Origin: Lama guanicoe
Taxonomy: Eukaryota
NCBI GenBank assembly: GCA_013239625.1
Contig: MU054117.1
Coordinates: forward strand, 3,772,677 to 3,836,676
Direction: 5' to 3'
Length of the DNA stretch: 64,000 bases
Made by a program: the position numbers and the translations under genes. The notes under the pieces are model-generated. The model had not been told where the DNA came from, did not search any database, and saw only the letters and a program-made list of their open reading frames with translations. Positions 35,982 to 48,270 of the stretch are shown here, in pieces; the stretch's first letter is position 1; each line of letters begins with the position of its first letter.

Positions 35982-37539
35982 GCACATATGCAGTGTTTAC
36001 CACTCCCAGGCTCTCCTCTAAACACTTCACTGAACAATTGAGATGGTGCATAAGACGTGGTACAAGTAACTTAAAAGGAACTGGTGCCGGCAAAGGGCGG
36101 GGCTCACCAGACATGACTTCTGCCTTCAGTGGATTCTTCCGTTACTAATGTGCAGTCCTCTTCTTGGGGGCTCTCACCTGAACCCAAGCTTCAGCCCAGG
36201 TTTCTACTCGGCTCTTCAGCTCTTCCTCCTCCTAAAAACCAAAAGTGCAAACAAAGTCAGCAATGTCCTCAGCTCTCCCGTCCCTCCCCTCTGTAACTGC
36301 TCCTAGCTCCAGACTGCAGGGGCACCTGGCCCCCCACCCTGGGCCCCGCACGGTCCGGAGTGCAAATACACGACCACGTGGGCGCAGCAACGCGTTGTTC
36401 AGAGAGCAAAGAGCCTTTGAAATAATTCCTTAATGCTTTTTCCAAATTTAGATGATGTGGGTTACATGGGAATTTGGATTATCCAGGCTCATCCTTGCCT
36501 CCCTCCACAGAGCGCCCCAAATGTTATTTTGTGCCTTCATAGGAACTGGCAAACGGGGGGGTGGTTAACCACGAGCAGCTCTAGCCTGGCCCGAATTGGC
36601 TTCAGATTTGCCAAACTGAGCATTTGGAAACTTTGGCTTCGTTACATCCATCAAATTAGGACCAGGGAAACCTCAGGACAATTTTAGGATTGGAAAAAAT
36701 AGGTTTGGAACAACTGCTACTACTTTTTTTACAAGTCTTTGGTTTTTAGGCAGAATCCCAAATGTTTTCTGTCAGCGCCCTTCTTCACCCCCACCCCGTC
36801 CATCCCAGCCCACCCGGACCCCCAGTGTTCCATCTCCATGCACGGGGAGCTGGCCGCACGCACGTGGCTCTGATTCACCTGCATGTAACCCATCGGGATG
36901 TTTAGTCAAAGAAGCCTCCGTCCAGGAGCCTTACGAGCTGACATTACTGAGCCTGGCTGAAGCCTATTGTTGTAACTGGGGAGTTTCTTGGCTTTGAACT
37001 GGGAAGCTGCCGGTCTGAAGCCAGCCCCAAGCCAAAGCGGGCCCAAGAAGCTGCCTCGGTCGTTTCTTCGTGGGTTGTTTCATTCTGGAATGCAGTCAGC
37101 TCAGCACATTCCCAAGGCGGTGAAAAGTCTCCTCTGAGCTGGGTTTAAAGGGCACCACTCCAGCCCAGGCAGCAGGATGGCGGGCAGAAACCCCACCTGG
37201 CGACGGTACCTGGCGTCTGACGTTACGGTGTACTTCCACTGTCTCCACGCTGGTCCGGCCCAAGGCCATGTCTCCCCTCTGTCATCCGTGGCTTCCCACC
37301 TGCTTGACGCGTACAAGCCCTCTGCCCACTTCACCCCCAGCTCATGGCGTCTGTTGGCACTGCTTAAACAGGGATGTCACAAGTCTTGAGGGACACGTGG
37401 TTAAGTTCCAGGGGCAAAGCAAAGTCGCAGGACACACGGGAATATCTCCCTGACAGCATCAAGGCTTCTCAAAAAATCAAGGGTGGTATTTTTTGGTTTT
37501 ATTGGTTTTTTTAAATTGTGATTGTCTTTTTAAATTTTT

Positions 37540-37800
37540 TTAAATGTTTATTTTAAAAAAAATTTTATTGAAGTGTAGTTGATTGACAATGTTGGTTTCA
37601 GGTGTACAGCAAAGTGATTCAGTTATACACATACATACATATATATTTCTTCTTTTCAGATTCTTTTCCATTAGGCGTTATTACAAGAAATGGAATATAG
37701 TTCCCTGTGCTAGACAGTAGGTCCTTGTTGTTTATATGCTTATATATAGTAATGTTTGTCTGCTGATCCTTAACCCCTAATTCATCCCTCCCCACCCCAA
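37540..37800 (-). mobile_element. Artiodactyl L1 3' end
   Basis: 'ttttattgaagtgtagttgattgacaatgttg...caggtgtacagcaaagtgattcagttatac...atatagttccctgtgcta'. Confidence 0.9.
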
Positions 37801-38594
37801 TGAAATATTGTTATTTTATGTTTTAAAAATCTATGGAGTAGAGCGCAAAATTATTACACATTCTAAAGATAAAATATGAAGCTTCAGGGAAATTTTAAGC
37901 TTGAAGTAGATTTGTTTGGATTAAATCTCTAGGCTCCCAAAAATTATGCATCCATTGCCTTCTGCCATTAAGAAGGTGGGTAGAGTTGAGAGAGCCTAGA
38001 AAGGATGGCCCATCTCCTCATGTTGTCCATCAAAGCCCATCACACCGCGTTCCTCCACCCAGGCTGGTCCACCTCCCTCTGCTCATCACGGGGTGGGGGT
38101 CCCTCCAGACGAGGAGGACCCTCCCTTGTTCTCCAGCACATCCCTACACTGGATGCTTGCTCCTCATAACCAGGGTGACTTTAAATTTCCTGATCTTTGC
38201 CTGACCCAAATCCAGATCTTCTAATTCTGTATCCATTGTTTTTCCATCATAAACACATCTTTTGCATGTCCTGGGGCCCTGGTCGTGACACTAAGCTCTC
38301 AAGGAATATTCACTGAGAGGCTGTGGACTGAGCACGGTCACTGAGCCCTTGAGGTGCGCCGGAAGGAACGACCAGGTCTCTGCTCTTAAAAAGCAGGACG
38401 TGGGGCAGGGTGGTGCTAAGAGGGGTGTCCAAAGAACTTTTCTATCACCTACTGTTTTCTTCAACTTCAACAAGTCCCAAGTCTTGTTTCTAGTGAGGAG
38501 GCAGAACCTGGGGTGAGAGCGAGGATTCAGAGGCTGAGCACAACTTTATCTGGATGAAGTTTATGGCGCAAAAAATGGGAAGAAAACTAGATGA

Positions 38595-39700
38595 GATGGT
38601 TGCAAACTGGAGACCCGCGAACACGTTTTTTCCCCCCTAAACATTATATATATATATATTTAATTTGGGAATTTCCCCCCCAAAATCTGGAATTCCTGAT
38701 TCCCTTGAAAAATCCAGATGGATTTGCGTCACACTGTGATTTATATTCAGAAATACATGTTTGGTCTTAGTCCTTGTTTGCAGCAGAGAGATCCTAAAAC
38801 TCACTCTTGGGGTTTCCTAGTGATGGAAGCTTACAGGTGTCATTTGTTATGACAGTGAGGTGACTTTTGGGAGCACGTAAGGATGGGGGCCGGTGGCCAA
38901 GAGAACCAACCAGGTGATTAGAGGGTTGGAACTTTGAGTCTCACTCCTGGCCTCAGGGAAGGGGAATGGGGTTAGAGGTTGAGTTTACTCACCCATAGGT
39001 GATGACTAAATCAATCGTGCCTAAGTGATGAAGCCTCCAGAAAACCTCCAAAACATGGGGTTCCGGGAGCTTCCAGGTTGGTGACCTTGTGGAGATTTGG
39101 AGGCAGAACATGGGAGCTATGTGTCCTTGGCCCCCTCCCTTCCCTCTGCACTCTTCCGTCTGGCTGTTCCTGAATTATTTCCTCTTACAATAAACCAGTG
39201 CTCTAGCAAGTGAAATGTTTCTCTGAGTTCTGTCAGCTGCTGTAGCAAATTAATCGAACCCAAGGAGGCGGTCATGGGAGCCTCTGCCGTACAGCCTGCA
39301 GGTCAGAAACACAGGTGACAAATTGTCCTTGTAATTGGCATCTGAATTGAGGTGGAGGCACGGTCCTGTGGGACTGAGCCGTCAGCCTGTAGGTCTGACA
39401 CCATCTCCAGGCAGAGGATGTCAGAACGGAGCTGAGTTACAGGGCACCCAGCTGGTGTCTGAGAAAGGCTTGGTGGAGGTGTGAGGAACTCCCTATACAC
39501 CGAGACATGTTGGGATTGGGGGTAGAACCCAAAGAACCGGGGACGTGGAAGCCTGCCTCCCTGCCAGCCAGCAGGGGAGCAACCCTCAGCTGCCACCTTG
39601 GAGATGGGTCTGGACTCCCCACCTCACCGCAGTCTTCACCATTCCGGGTCCTACACACACAGTGCAGCCCCCACAAGCACATCAGTTGGTTATCCTTATC
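38595..39700. mobile_element. MER102-like hAT MITE (38595-38725 and 39540-39700) interrupted by an LTR
   Basis: Left 'ggttgcaaactgg...aaatctggaattcctgattcccttgaaaaatc'; right 'cagctgccaccttggagatggg...accgcagtcttcaccattcc'. Confidence 0.5.
38725..39530 (+). mobile_element. MER21 (B/C-like) solo LTR
   Basis: 'gtgattagagggttggaacttt', 'ggggttccgggagcttccaggttggtga', 'tggctgttcctga...AATAAAcc', 'ctgagttctgtcagctgctgtagcaaatt', 'tgtgggactgagcc', 'cacccagctggtgtc'. Confidence 0.9.
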
Positions 39701-39721
39701 CAGAAACAAGTCAAACTTCTA

Positions 39722-39850
39722 GGGGAGGAAGGTGCAGCTCGGTGTAGAGTGGGTGCTCACCATGCGCGAGGCCCTGGGTTCAGGCCCCAGGACCTCCATG
39801 TAAATAAACCTAATAGCCTCAAAAATTTTTTTAAAAAGACAAGAAAGAAA
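39722..39850 (+). mobile_element. Vic-1-type camelid tRNA-derived SINE
   Basis: 'ggggaggaaggtgcagctcggtgtagag...catgcgcgaggccctgggttcaggccccaggacctcc...aataaacctaat' followed by an A-rich tail; degenerate A/B boxes. Confidence 0.85.
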
Positions 39851-41091
39851 CAAAATCCCAACTTAGAGTCTGTGGCTAGAAACTGGGAGGAGAGGCCAGC
39901 GGAATGAACAGTGGTCAGTGAGAGAGAAAAGCCCACAGACGGAAGTCCGGCTGGAGGTGAGCTGGGAGAGTCCCCTCTGGGCTGAGTCCCTCAGGCTCTT
40001 CGCGTCAGAGCCTCTCCCTTCCAGCACCTCGCAGGTCCCGACACACCTGCCGTTGTCCGAGGAGCGACCCTCGGGCTCGGAGCCACGCCTGTACTTGGGT
40101 GCCCGCGGTGCGTCCTGCTGCCTCCTCTCGGCGTCCAGCCCCTGTTTCCCTCGAAGCATCTGTCTTGTCCCCCTTTCTTGATTTGCCCGGAACCATGTAG
40201 AGCTTTTCCCTCCTCCGAGCTGCTCAGATCCAGACATTCTTGTCCAACTCACTTCAAGGACTGTTAGAAAAATCCACCAGGATCAAATCTGTCCTCTCTT
40301 CAGAAGGGCCTCTAATGCTAACGTGGGCTGGGGGGGCCCAGCTCCTCCCTCCCCAGGCCTGGTCGGGGGCTTACCCGGCTGCCCCAGCCTGCCCCCAGCT
40401 CCAGCCAGAATTCTGGAGGGGGGCTGGGGGGGGGCAGATCTCTCATCCCCAAGCTTCTCATTTCGCTTGTCACAATGAGGAGATGAGCTGGGCTGATAGG
40501 GGTCCCCCAAGGAGTTCCCAGGCTGTGGGGCCGAGCCCAAGCCTTTCATGAACGGGCCATTCCCAGGGCTTCAGATTTCAGGATGGGGAGATTAGACAGG
40601 GTCCAGGACCAGGGATCAGGCAGCCGCCAAGCTCTCCTTTTCCTTCCCTGGCTGTTCGTCTTCACAGCCAAGCACTGTGGTCTCAGGCGGCCGGGAGCTG
40701 CCACTCTCCCTGCCTGCGGGGGCCAGCAGGCAGCCAGGGAGGGGGGCTGTGCACGGAGTTGCTAACAAGCAGATTGGCGTTGCTCAGTCCACACAGAAAT
40801 CAGAGAGAGCGAGCCCCTTTGCTAGTTCCAAAGATGATATGCAGAGGAATTCCACCTCCTTTTATGGCTCTGTTTTTCCCATGCCCTCTTTACGCCCCAC
40901 ACAAAATAAGAACACATCATAGAATTTCAGGTTGGACTATACTTTAAAAGCCTTTGACCAACTGGCTCTCCTTACGTTACAGTCGTGGAAAAGGTCACAC
41001 ACGGCGGCCCATCCAAGGCCACACACCACAAAACGTCAGGACGAGGCTGGGAACCGGGCACGTCCAGCCTCCTTCTACCTTTTCTCCAGTC

Positions 41092-41300
41092 CAGTGGTTC
41101 CCAGCCTCCGATCACGAGCCTACGACTTTCATCATTTTTGGCAGAGCTGCAAACACTTGTGCAATGACTTAAAACTTACTCTCCAGCCAGACTCATTTTT
41201 TAACTCAAGTACAGTCACTTTTTAAAAAGAAACTGTATCACTGATGCCAATGGAAAAGCAACATTATTTGCTTTATACATCAGAGACCAAAGGGCAACTG
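41092..41300. mobile_element. Possible hAT-Charlie fragment
   Basis: Starts 'cagtggttcccagcct' (Charlie-like TIR) followed by AT-rich sequence. Confidence 0.35.
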
Positions 41301-43244
41301 TAATTGATGGAAGGTGACGTCGGGGTAGGATAGTGGGATATTGTGATGTGTGAGGTCTCTCACTCCCAGACCTATTTATTTGGGCTTAAAATGGGAGCAA
41401 AGGGTTTCAGAAGCATTAAGGCCACCCTAGCGCCTGGCTGAGACATTCTCCCTGTGGGGAGGATGAAGAATTAGAATGGGAGCCAGCGTCCTGGGAACGA
41501 CCGATGCCTCACCAAGCACCAGCATTGTGTTCCCCCAACCCCAGGGTGTCTGTTCCCCACTTTGGGGCCCCCGAACTGGCGGGGAGCGTGTGCCTCTTGC
41601 CTGGCTGTCTTCCCTCCTCAGGGGCGGGGATCTGCTGGTGCGGGAGACAGACACCCAGTTCCTTGCACTTTTCAGAAAGAACGGACAGCGGCTCCTGGGG
41701 CGGAACAGGTTTTTTGGTGTCGGTTTCCCTGGCGACTAGTGGAGTTTTTCCCAACTTTCTGGTCAGGAAGATCCTGGAAAGGGAAGCAGGGTCACGGGGG
41801 GAGGCTAAGGCAGTCCTCGGATCTGAGAGATGGCTAAGCGATCTTCTGCCAACCAGATACCCTCACCTCCCCTTTATTGCCATCCCCATAAGTTACCGGG
41901 GGATCACATCACTCTCTCTGTCAGTGATAGCAGGAATAAATAGGATCCCTTCCTCTGTGGGAATGTCCAACGAGCACTTTCTGTGAGACTCGACTCAGAG
42001 GTCCAGGTAGAACAGGGAGTTGTGCGTTCTCCCCCCACCTCCCCTCTCTCAGCAGCATCACTGTAATGATCCGGAGCACAGGGCATTCTAAATTACCTGC
42101 CGCTGCGCTAGGTGTGGGGTCACAGGAGTGAATAATGCATCAGCTTTGTGTACTTGGGACAAATGCCATTCATGGGGAAGAGTACGGAGGACACACATGC
42201 TACATACCCACCCCTGGCTGGGCTCATGGATGCTCTGGGAGCCTGGGAGAGAGAGAGTGCGGCCAGGGGCTTGGTGAAGGCGGTAGGAATTTTTTCGGGG
42301 CTTCCTTCTCCCTGGTGTCCTCTGGTCTTCCTCCCCCCCCTTCTGCCCTCCCCCAGAATGCGCACCGAGTCGCACTGGCGGAGGGCTGCGAGGCTGGCTC
42401 TCCCCCCGGACGTGGGCCGCACAGGCATCCCGGAAGCCCGTGGCGGTGGGAGGCTGGCCAGGTGGACAGCACCCCCGCAGCTGCCCGCGAGAGCCTCGAA
42501 GACAGATTTACCAGTTGCCAAATTCTCCTGATAGCCCACTCTCCTCCGCGTGGCCCTGCGCAGCAATTCCTGAGCACCAGTGATGGGAGAGGGCTCAGAA
42601 AAGGCAGGGGAAAGGGCGTCACTCAGAGCCGCTGGGACCCACTCGGATGCCCTGGGCAGATCCCACCCTCCCCGTCTTCAGAGCATGGATTCCGTCTCTG
42701 CCTCCGCAGACGCCCCAGGCCGGAGGGAGGGGCTGCTGACCCGGCGTGGTCTCACCCCTGCCACAGAGCCCTGTTGACCATATGCCCTGCGGTGCCGGTT
42801 GGGCTGGCTGGCAGTCAGACGTGGGTACCAGCTTGACCACTGAGCCTCCATTTCCTCCTCCACAGCCTTCTCCAGCCTTTTATGAAGATCTCTATTCCAG
42901 ACGTGGAAGGAAAGGAACGCAGGGGGCCAGGGGAGGGAGGGAAAGAGAGAAGGAGAGGAGGAGAGGGATTTTTAAAAAAGCGAAAATAATGGTGTGATTG
43001 TGACGACAGAAAAGTGGAAACTCAGGGAAAGGGCCAGCAGACGTGTGTGTTAAACATCAAGGGAACAGCAAGACTGTCCCCTTGGTCTCTGCGCCTGTCA
43101 GTGGGGCTGTGTCTGCCCTACTCGAGCTTGGCACTGTCACTCCTGATCAGCGAACGTGGACTGAGGCAACCTCTCTGCGCCCAGCACTGCGCCCGGGAAA
43201 TTCACAAGAGCATCTGGGCTTAGACGGGCATCAGCTTACACGAT

Positions 43245-43570
43245 TTCAGGAAAAAAATGCAAAAATCATACACACAGAATTAAGTACAAAAACATGTTTG
43301 TTCAGAATGAGAAAAAAAATCATAATACATTAAATGTTTCTAAAAGCTGACATCCACAGCGAAGCCCCGGAAATGCAGAAGCTGACAATATTTTTGTTAA
43401 CTTTCCCCTTGCATTCTCTCTAACCTCCTCTTCACCCGACTTCGTGAAATCACTTTCTGTGGAGAGAAAGGACAGATGTTTCAGGCTTTCCTCCAGCTCA
43501 GACGCTTGAAATTTATTTTTTATTTTTCATCAAATACAATGTGCGTTCGGTCTCACACCTCGATTAGCTC
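43245..43570 (-). mobile_element. hAT (Tip100/Zaphod-like) DNA transposon fossil with transposase C-terminal motif
   Basis: Minus-strand 43526-43437 translates KIKNKFQASELEESLKHLSFLSTESDFTKS, resembling the hAT dimerisation motif. Confidence 0.65.
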
Positions 43571-43867
43571 CGCCGCTCACATCACTGACGAAAAGCCTTC
43601 CGGTCCTGCTTTGCCACTGTCCCTCCGCCCACTTGAAAAGCCACGGAGCCGGGTGGGACAGAAGGGCCCATCAGGACTTGCCAGGGGCATCACTGTGCAT
43701 GAAGGGGACCTTCTCTCTCTGCCCGCTCTGTGGGGCTGTGGAGTTAGGATGCAGGACAGGGTCACTGTTCTCCTGAGACCCAGGCAAGGAGGTGCATCTG
43801 GAGTTTGAGATTCCTCACAAAGGAAGGGCAGATGCTCATGAACTCCTGAGTACTCCACCCCTCCAGG

Positions 43868-43990
43868 CCATCAGCACATGTCCACCAAATATGAAATAGT
43901 CCTTGAACCCCTGTTCCATGCCAGGCACTGTACTTGGCTCTGGGAAACAGCAGGAAACAACCTGGGGAAGGCTGTCCATCCTCAGGACCG
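43868..43990 (-). mobile_element. L2 3' fragment
   Basis: 'tgccaggcactgtacttggctctgggaaacagca'. Confidence 0.65.
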
Positions 43991-44829
43991 CCATTTTTCT
44001 CTCTATGGGTTGAATGATAGGTGTGCAATGGTTTTGTCCCCACACAACCTGATAGTACACAGTCACCGGGTCCTCCCAATCACCACCACCCGGCTAGGGA
44101 CACGGTGGCAGCGGGAGCCTTCCCGCCGTCATCTTCACCTTCCCCAGCCCTCCCCCCACCATGGTCCCAGTGCCCTTCGGAGTATGAGGGTGAAAACAAA
44201 GCCCCGGTATATTTGGCCGGGTTTCCTCCCCTACGATGGACAGGCGCCCACTGGTACAGTCACTTTATTCTTGGGGTCTGATGTAGGTGTGTCTTTTACA
44301 AAGTCCTTGGGTCAAAGATGGGACCCAGCATGGGTGGGAGTCTTAAGGGGAAACTGTTATTCCTTCTGGATGGACAATAGTCCTCATGCCTGCTTTTCCC
44401 ACATCATCTACTCTTCTCTCTGCCATCATTCAATTCATTTCTTTAAAAAAAAAATTCCTTCCTCCTCTGAGAAGCCCACCGGGACTAACATGCAGGAAGA
44501 AGCACCCTTCGACTCCACCGGGAGGCCCTCCCCTGAGCCTCCACCCTCCTCCTCCGCCCAGAGAGTGAGAGGGCAGGGCAGGCACCGCGGCCCCCTCCCC
44601 GCTGGGCCGTTCCCGCTGCGGTTCCAAATCGCACAAAGAATGACACGTCTCAGGACCTAAAGCATCGGTTCCAGATTTTTGGGGGGAGCCTCTGAAAATG
44701 TGAAATTATTATTATTTCCTGCAAGAGAAGCAACCTTTATCTTCCTTTCCCTTGCAGCTGACCCTGCCCGTGGTCGGTTATAAAGGAGCCAAGGTCTTCT
44801 GTCACCTGGGTCCTGAGTAGGACTCTGTG

Positions 44830-45430
44830 TTATTGTTTTAATTCAAAATTCTTGGTTTTTTGTTCATTGGGAAAATTCTGGAAAAGTCCTCAAGCACAAA
44901 GATGCATAAACATCTGCTGTAATATCACCCAGCTGAGATAAGGGCCGTCTGTGTGTTGATGGACACCCCACCGCTTTTCCACGCAGAGGTGCGCGTGGCC
45001 CCCCAAACCCCGAGTCCCCGCAGTGCAGAAGTCCTTTTCCTACTGAGCCTGCCCCACACAGGGCGCACAGACATAGCCTACAGGACTGAGGCAGTGCCAC
45101 AGGCAGCGTACTGCAGCCTGCGGGTCTTGCCTGACAACACAGCGAGGTCCAAGCCGTCCCGTTTCCAGCAGGTTCACTGGTAGCAGGGTTGCTCCAAGCG
45201 CACAGTGCGTGTGCCATCACACAGGGACACTGTGAGTGAATTAACCAGCCCCTTTGCTGTTCATTCAAGTGGCTTCCCATTGTGGCAACGCTGCTGGTGT
45301 TGCAATTGTAAGACCTTTATGCATATCATTGCGAACATCTCTGATTGTTTTCTTCCAAGCCATTCCTGGAAACAAAATTCCTGGGTCCCAGGGAATAAAC
45401 GTCTTCAGAGTTCTGCACACACGCTGCAGA
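44830..45430 (-). mobile_element. Highly degenerate L1ME-like fragment
   Basis: 'acctttatgcatatc...attcctggaaacaaaattcctgggtcccaggg' resembles antisense old L1. Confidence 0.45.
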
Positions 45431-46214
45431 GCTCCGAGAGGCCCCGTTGGAGAGGGGCCGTGAGATCAAGATGGCGCTGGACGTTCAAGGCCAAGGCTGG
45501 GGCGGAGCAGCCCTGAGGATGATAAGCACTTCCTACCAGGTGGCCCGTGCCGAAGAGGGCTCTGACCTCACTGAGAAGATGAAGCAGAGAAGCGAGGCTG
45601 AGCTGCCCGTTGCATCCCCCACAAAAGAGGGCACGGGGACACGGCGTGAGCCTTAGTGCTCAGACGTCCAGGGAACTGGACGCGTCCTGGCTCTTGGCTG
45701 GACCACCACAAGGTACCGGCAGGACCTAGGAGAATATGGCCAAGGGCAGTTGTCGCACACACAGCACCGCTGCCGACCCTGTTGATCAGAGCTTCAGAGA
45801 GACTGTCTCCTGGTCCCGAGAGGCCAGAAGATCCCCATCACCCTGCCTTCTCCTCTCAGATCCCCGCTGCCTGTGTTCTGCTCTAGGGGTCAGCTCGGGG
45901 AAGGCATGGCTCTCTCTCAGCTTTCAAGCTGTCTTCTATCTACTTAATTCATTTATCCAACAACGTACGTGGGACAGGGTCTACTGCACACCAGGCACTG
46001 GGCAGGGTCTGAGGGTTAGAAAGGTGACCGAGAAATGTCCCTGGCCGTGTATTTCAGTCTATTGACAGAAATAGCAATCAGTACACTGATTTGCAGATCA
46101 TGAAAATGCAGTTGGTAATTTCTGTTTCTTTCATTCACTCATTCCTAGAGTCATAGCCGGCAGTTTGTAGGCATTTGAAAATACTTGACGAATGGATCCT
46201 CGAATGAATAAATG

Positions 46215-46450
46215 CATTCAGTCCTTTATTCCTTTTAACTGCAGAATAATATTCTGTGATAAATTTAATATAATTAAAATTTCATTGTGTGGACAGACCA
46301 TGTTTTGTTCATTAGTTGATGAACATCTGACTCGTCTCTACCGTTTGGCTGCTCTCAACAACGCTGCTGGGGATGACTGCATGCGGTCTCTGTGCGGACG
46401 TGTGTTTTCATGTCTCCTGAGGAGGGCTGGCGTCGTTGGGTCACACAGGG
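46215..46450 (-). mobile_element. L1MB-like fragment
   Basis: 'ttcattgtgtggacagaccatgttttg...gttgatgaacat...tttggctgct...acgtgtgttttcatgtctc'. Confidence 0.75.
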
Positions 46451-46831
46451 GATGTCGTGAGTGAGGGTTTAAAGAGGTGTTTACAGAAGGAAGACTTGGC
46501 TCAGCTGCATGGAGCTGGGGTCTGTCCGAGGCTCAGAAGCAGACTCTCGAGCGCGGCTCTCCCTGGCCGCTTCCCAGCCTAGGCAGAGTCCAGGGCTGGA
46601 CCTTCTTTTTTCTAGACTTTTCTTTACCTGCAACTTGCCCTCCAGTGAATTCTTCTTTTCAAGGCTGATCTTGGCTTTTCCTTTTTTTTTTTAATAGGAA
46701 GTCTGGCTGCTGGAGGGTGTTCCTATACTTTTCTTAAAGTAACATTATTATGTTTCCTAAATACTAATGGAATATGTGTTTACTGTAGAAATCTGAAGTT
46801 CCACAACCCAAATTTTAAACAGAAAGTAACC

Positions 46832-46991
46832 CAGATCTAATCACAATTGACATTTTAGTGTGTATTCTTTCATAGATAGATAGACAGATCTACACCGATT
46901 TCTAGATAGAGCAGATCTGATCACAAGCAGTGCTTTGGTGTGTGTGCTTTCATACACAGGCAGACAGCTCTATACAGAGCTCTGCTTAGAT
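46832..46991. repeat. Diverged 2 x 80-bp tandem duplication
   Basis: 46832-46911 vs 46912-46991 align without gaps at 56/80 identities (hand count). Confidence 0.85.
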
Positions 46992-47819
46992 GTAGTTACA
47001 GGTAGATATTGATATCAGTGTAGAGATGGACGTTTATGCTATTTTGATTCCTATTTTTTCACCTAATATATCCTATTTTTTGTATTTATCTTTCTATTGA
47101 ATAGTTGTACACTTTCCCAGGCACTCACACCTTGGGCAGAAAGCGAGCAGCATAAGAGGGGGACCCGGCTCCACCTGCCACTCCCATGGCATCGGAAATA
47201 TCTCCTGCTGCCCACAGACCGCCGGGTACCCGCCAAGGTTGACGCGACTGACAGCTAAGCCACAAAGCTCCCAGCCCAGTGGGATCGAGTTTTACGACAG
47301 GATGAAAGAGCAGGCGCTTGGAACCCCGCCCGGTTTTGGCACCAGCATCCTTTGTCGGAAGGGCCAGTGCGGGGGTGGGGGTGACCAGCTGTTCTTTCCC
47401 CTAAGAGTCCGAGCAAAGGAAGTGAGATCAAGTCACAATAGAAGGGGTGCCAGGGAGACAAAAGAAGAGACTTGCTGCCGAGGAAGCTTGTGGAGCGCCG
47501 CACCTAAGGGAGTCTTTGAAGAGGGTGATCTCTGTGAGGTTTATTGGATCCCTGCCTGGGAGCAGAAGATGGATCTTAGCCTGAACCTAAGGCGATAAGC
47601 TCTGGCTTGGCCCCTGAGTGCCCAGGCTCCCTGCAAGCTCACCACCACCTGACAGCTTCTGGATCTTGCTTGGGACTCTGATTTTAGAGACGCAGCCTCT
47701 TTGGGTATCTCCACCCCACCTTAGAACGAACAATACACTGCGAGGTTTAGTTTTCTAGAATCCAAGGAACAACAGAAGCAAAGGAAAGGTACATGGTTAA
47801 AGGCTGACTCTTTGTCAGG

Positions 47820-47965
47820 CTCTGGCTGGGTTCTTTAAAGATGATCTAAAATCTTCACGATAGCAGGTGAGGAAACTGAGGCACAGAGAAATCTAGCTGT
47901 CCCAGGTTTGCTTCCCATTACATGGCAGAGCTGGGATCCACACCCAGGCACATTTTGGCTCCAAC
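47820..47965 (-). mobile_element. MIR SINE
   Basis: 'caggtgaggaaactgaggcacagaga...tggcagagctgggatccacacccagg'. Confidence 0.85.
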
Positions 47966-47984
47966 ATTTCTTCCTGTCAGACTG

Positions 47985-48270
47985 AGCCATGCAGCAACGT
48001 AGACGAACATCAAAGCGCTATGCTCAGTGGAAAAATGCCAGATGCAAACACTGCACGTTGTAGGGTTGCGTTTATATGAAATATCCAGCGTAGGCAAGTC
48101 TGCAGGTGTAGAAAGTAAGTCAGCGTTTGCCCGAGGTTGGGGGCTGGGAAGACTGGGCCGTGGGGGAGCCTGCAGATGAACATGAGGTCTATTTTGGTAG
48201 TGATGAAAATGTTCTAAAGTCAGACTGTGGTAATGGCTGCACACGTCTGTGAATATTACGGCCACTTTAC
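47985..48270 (+). mobile_element. L1MB-like 3' UTR fragment
   Basis: 'tttatatgaaatatccag...taggcaagtct...gtgatgaaaatgttctaaa...gtggtaatggctgcaca'. Confidence 0.85.

Noticed and set aside
39722..39800. tRNA gene
   Set aside because: Degenerate boxes and a SINE-type tail; it is a tRNA-derived SINE head.
42088..42997. Stack of overlapping 100-230 aa ORFs
   Set aside because: Open in several frames on both strands and P/G/R/A-rich, as expected from stop-codon scarcity in GC-rich DNA.
43878..44660. Longest ORF (260 aa)
   Set aside because: Begins inside an L2 fragment, has no recognisable domain and spans mixed-composition sequence; consistent with chance.
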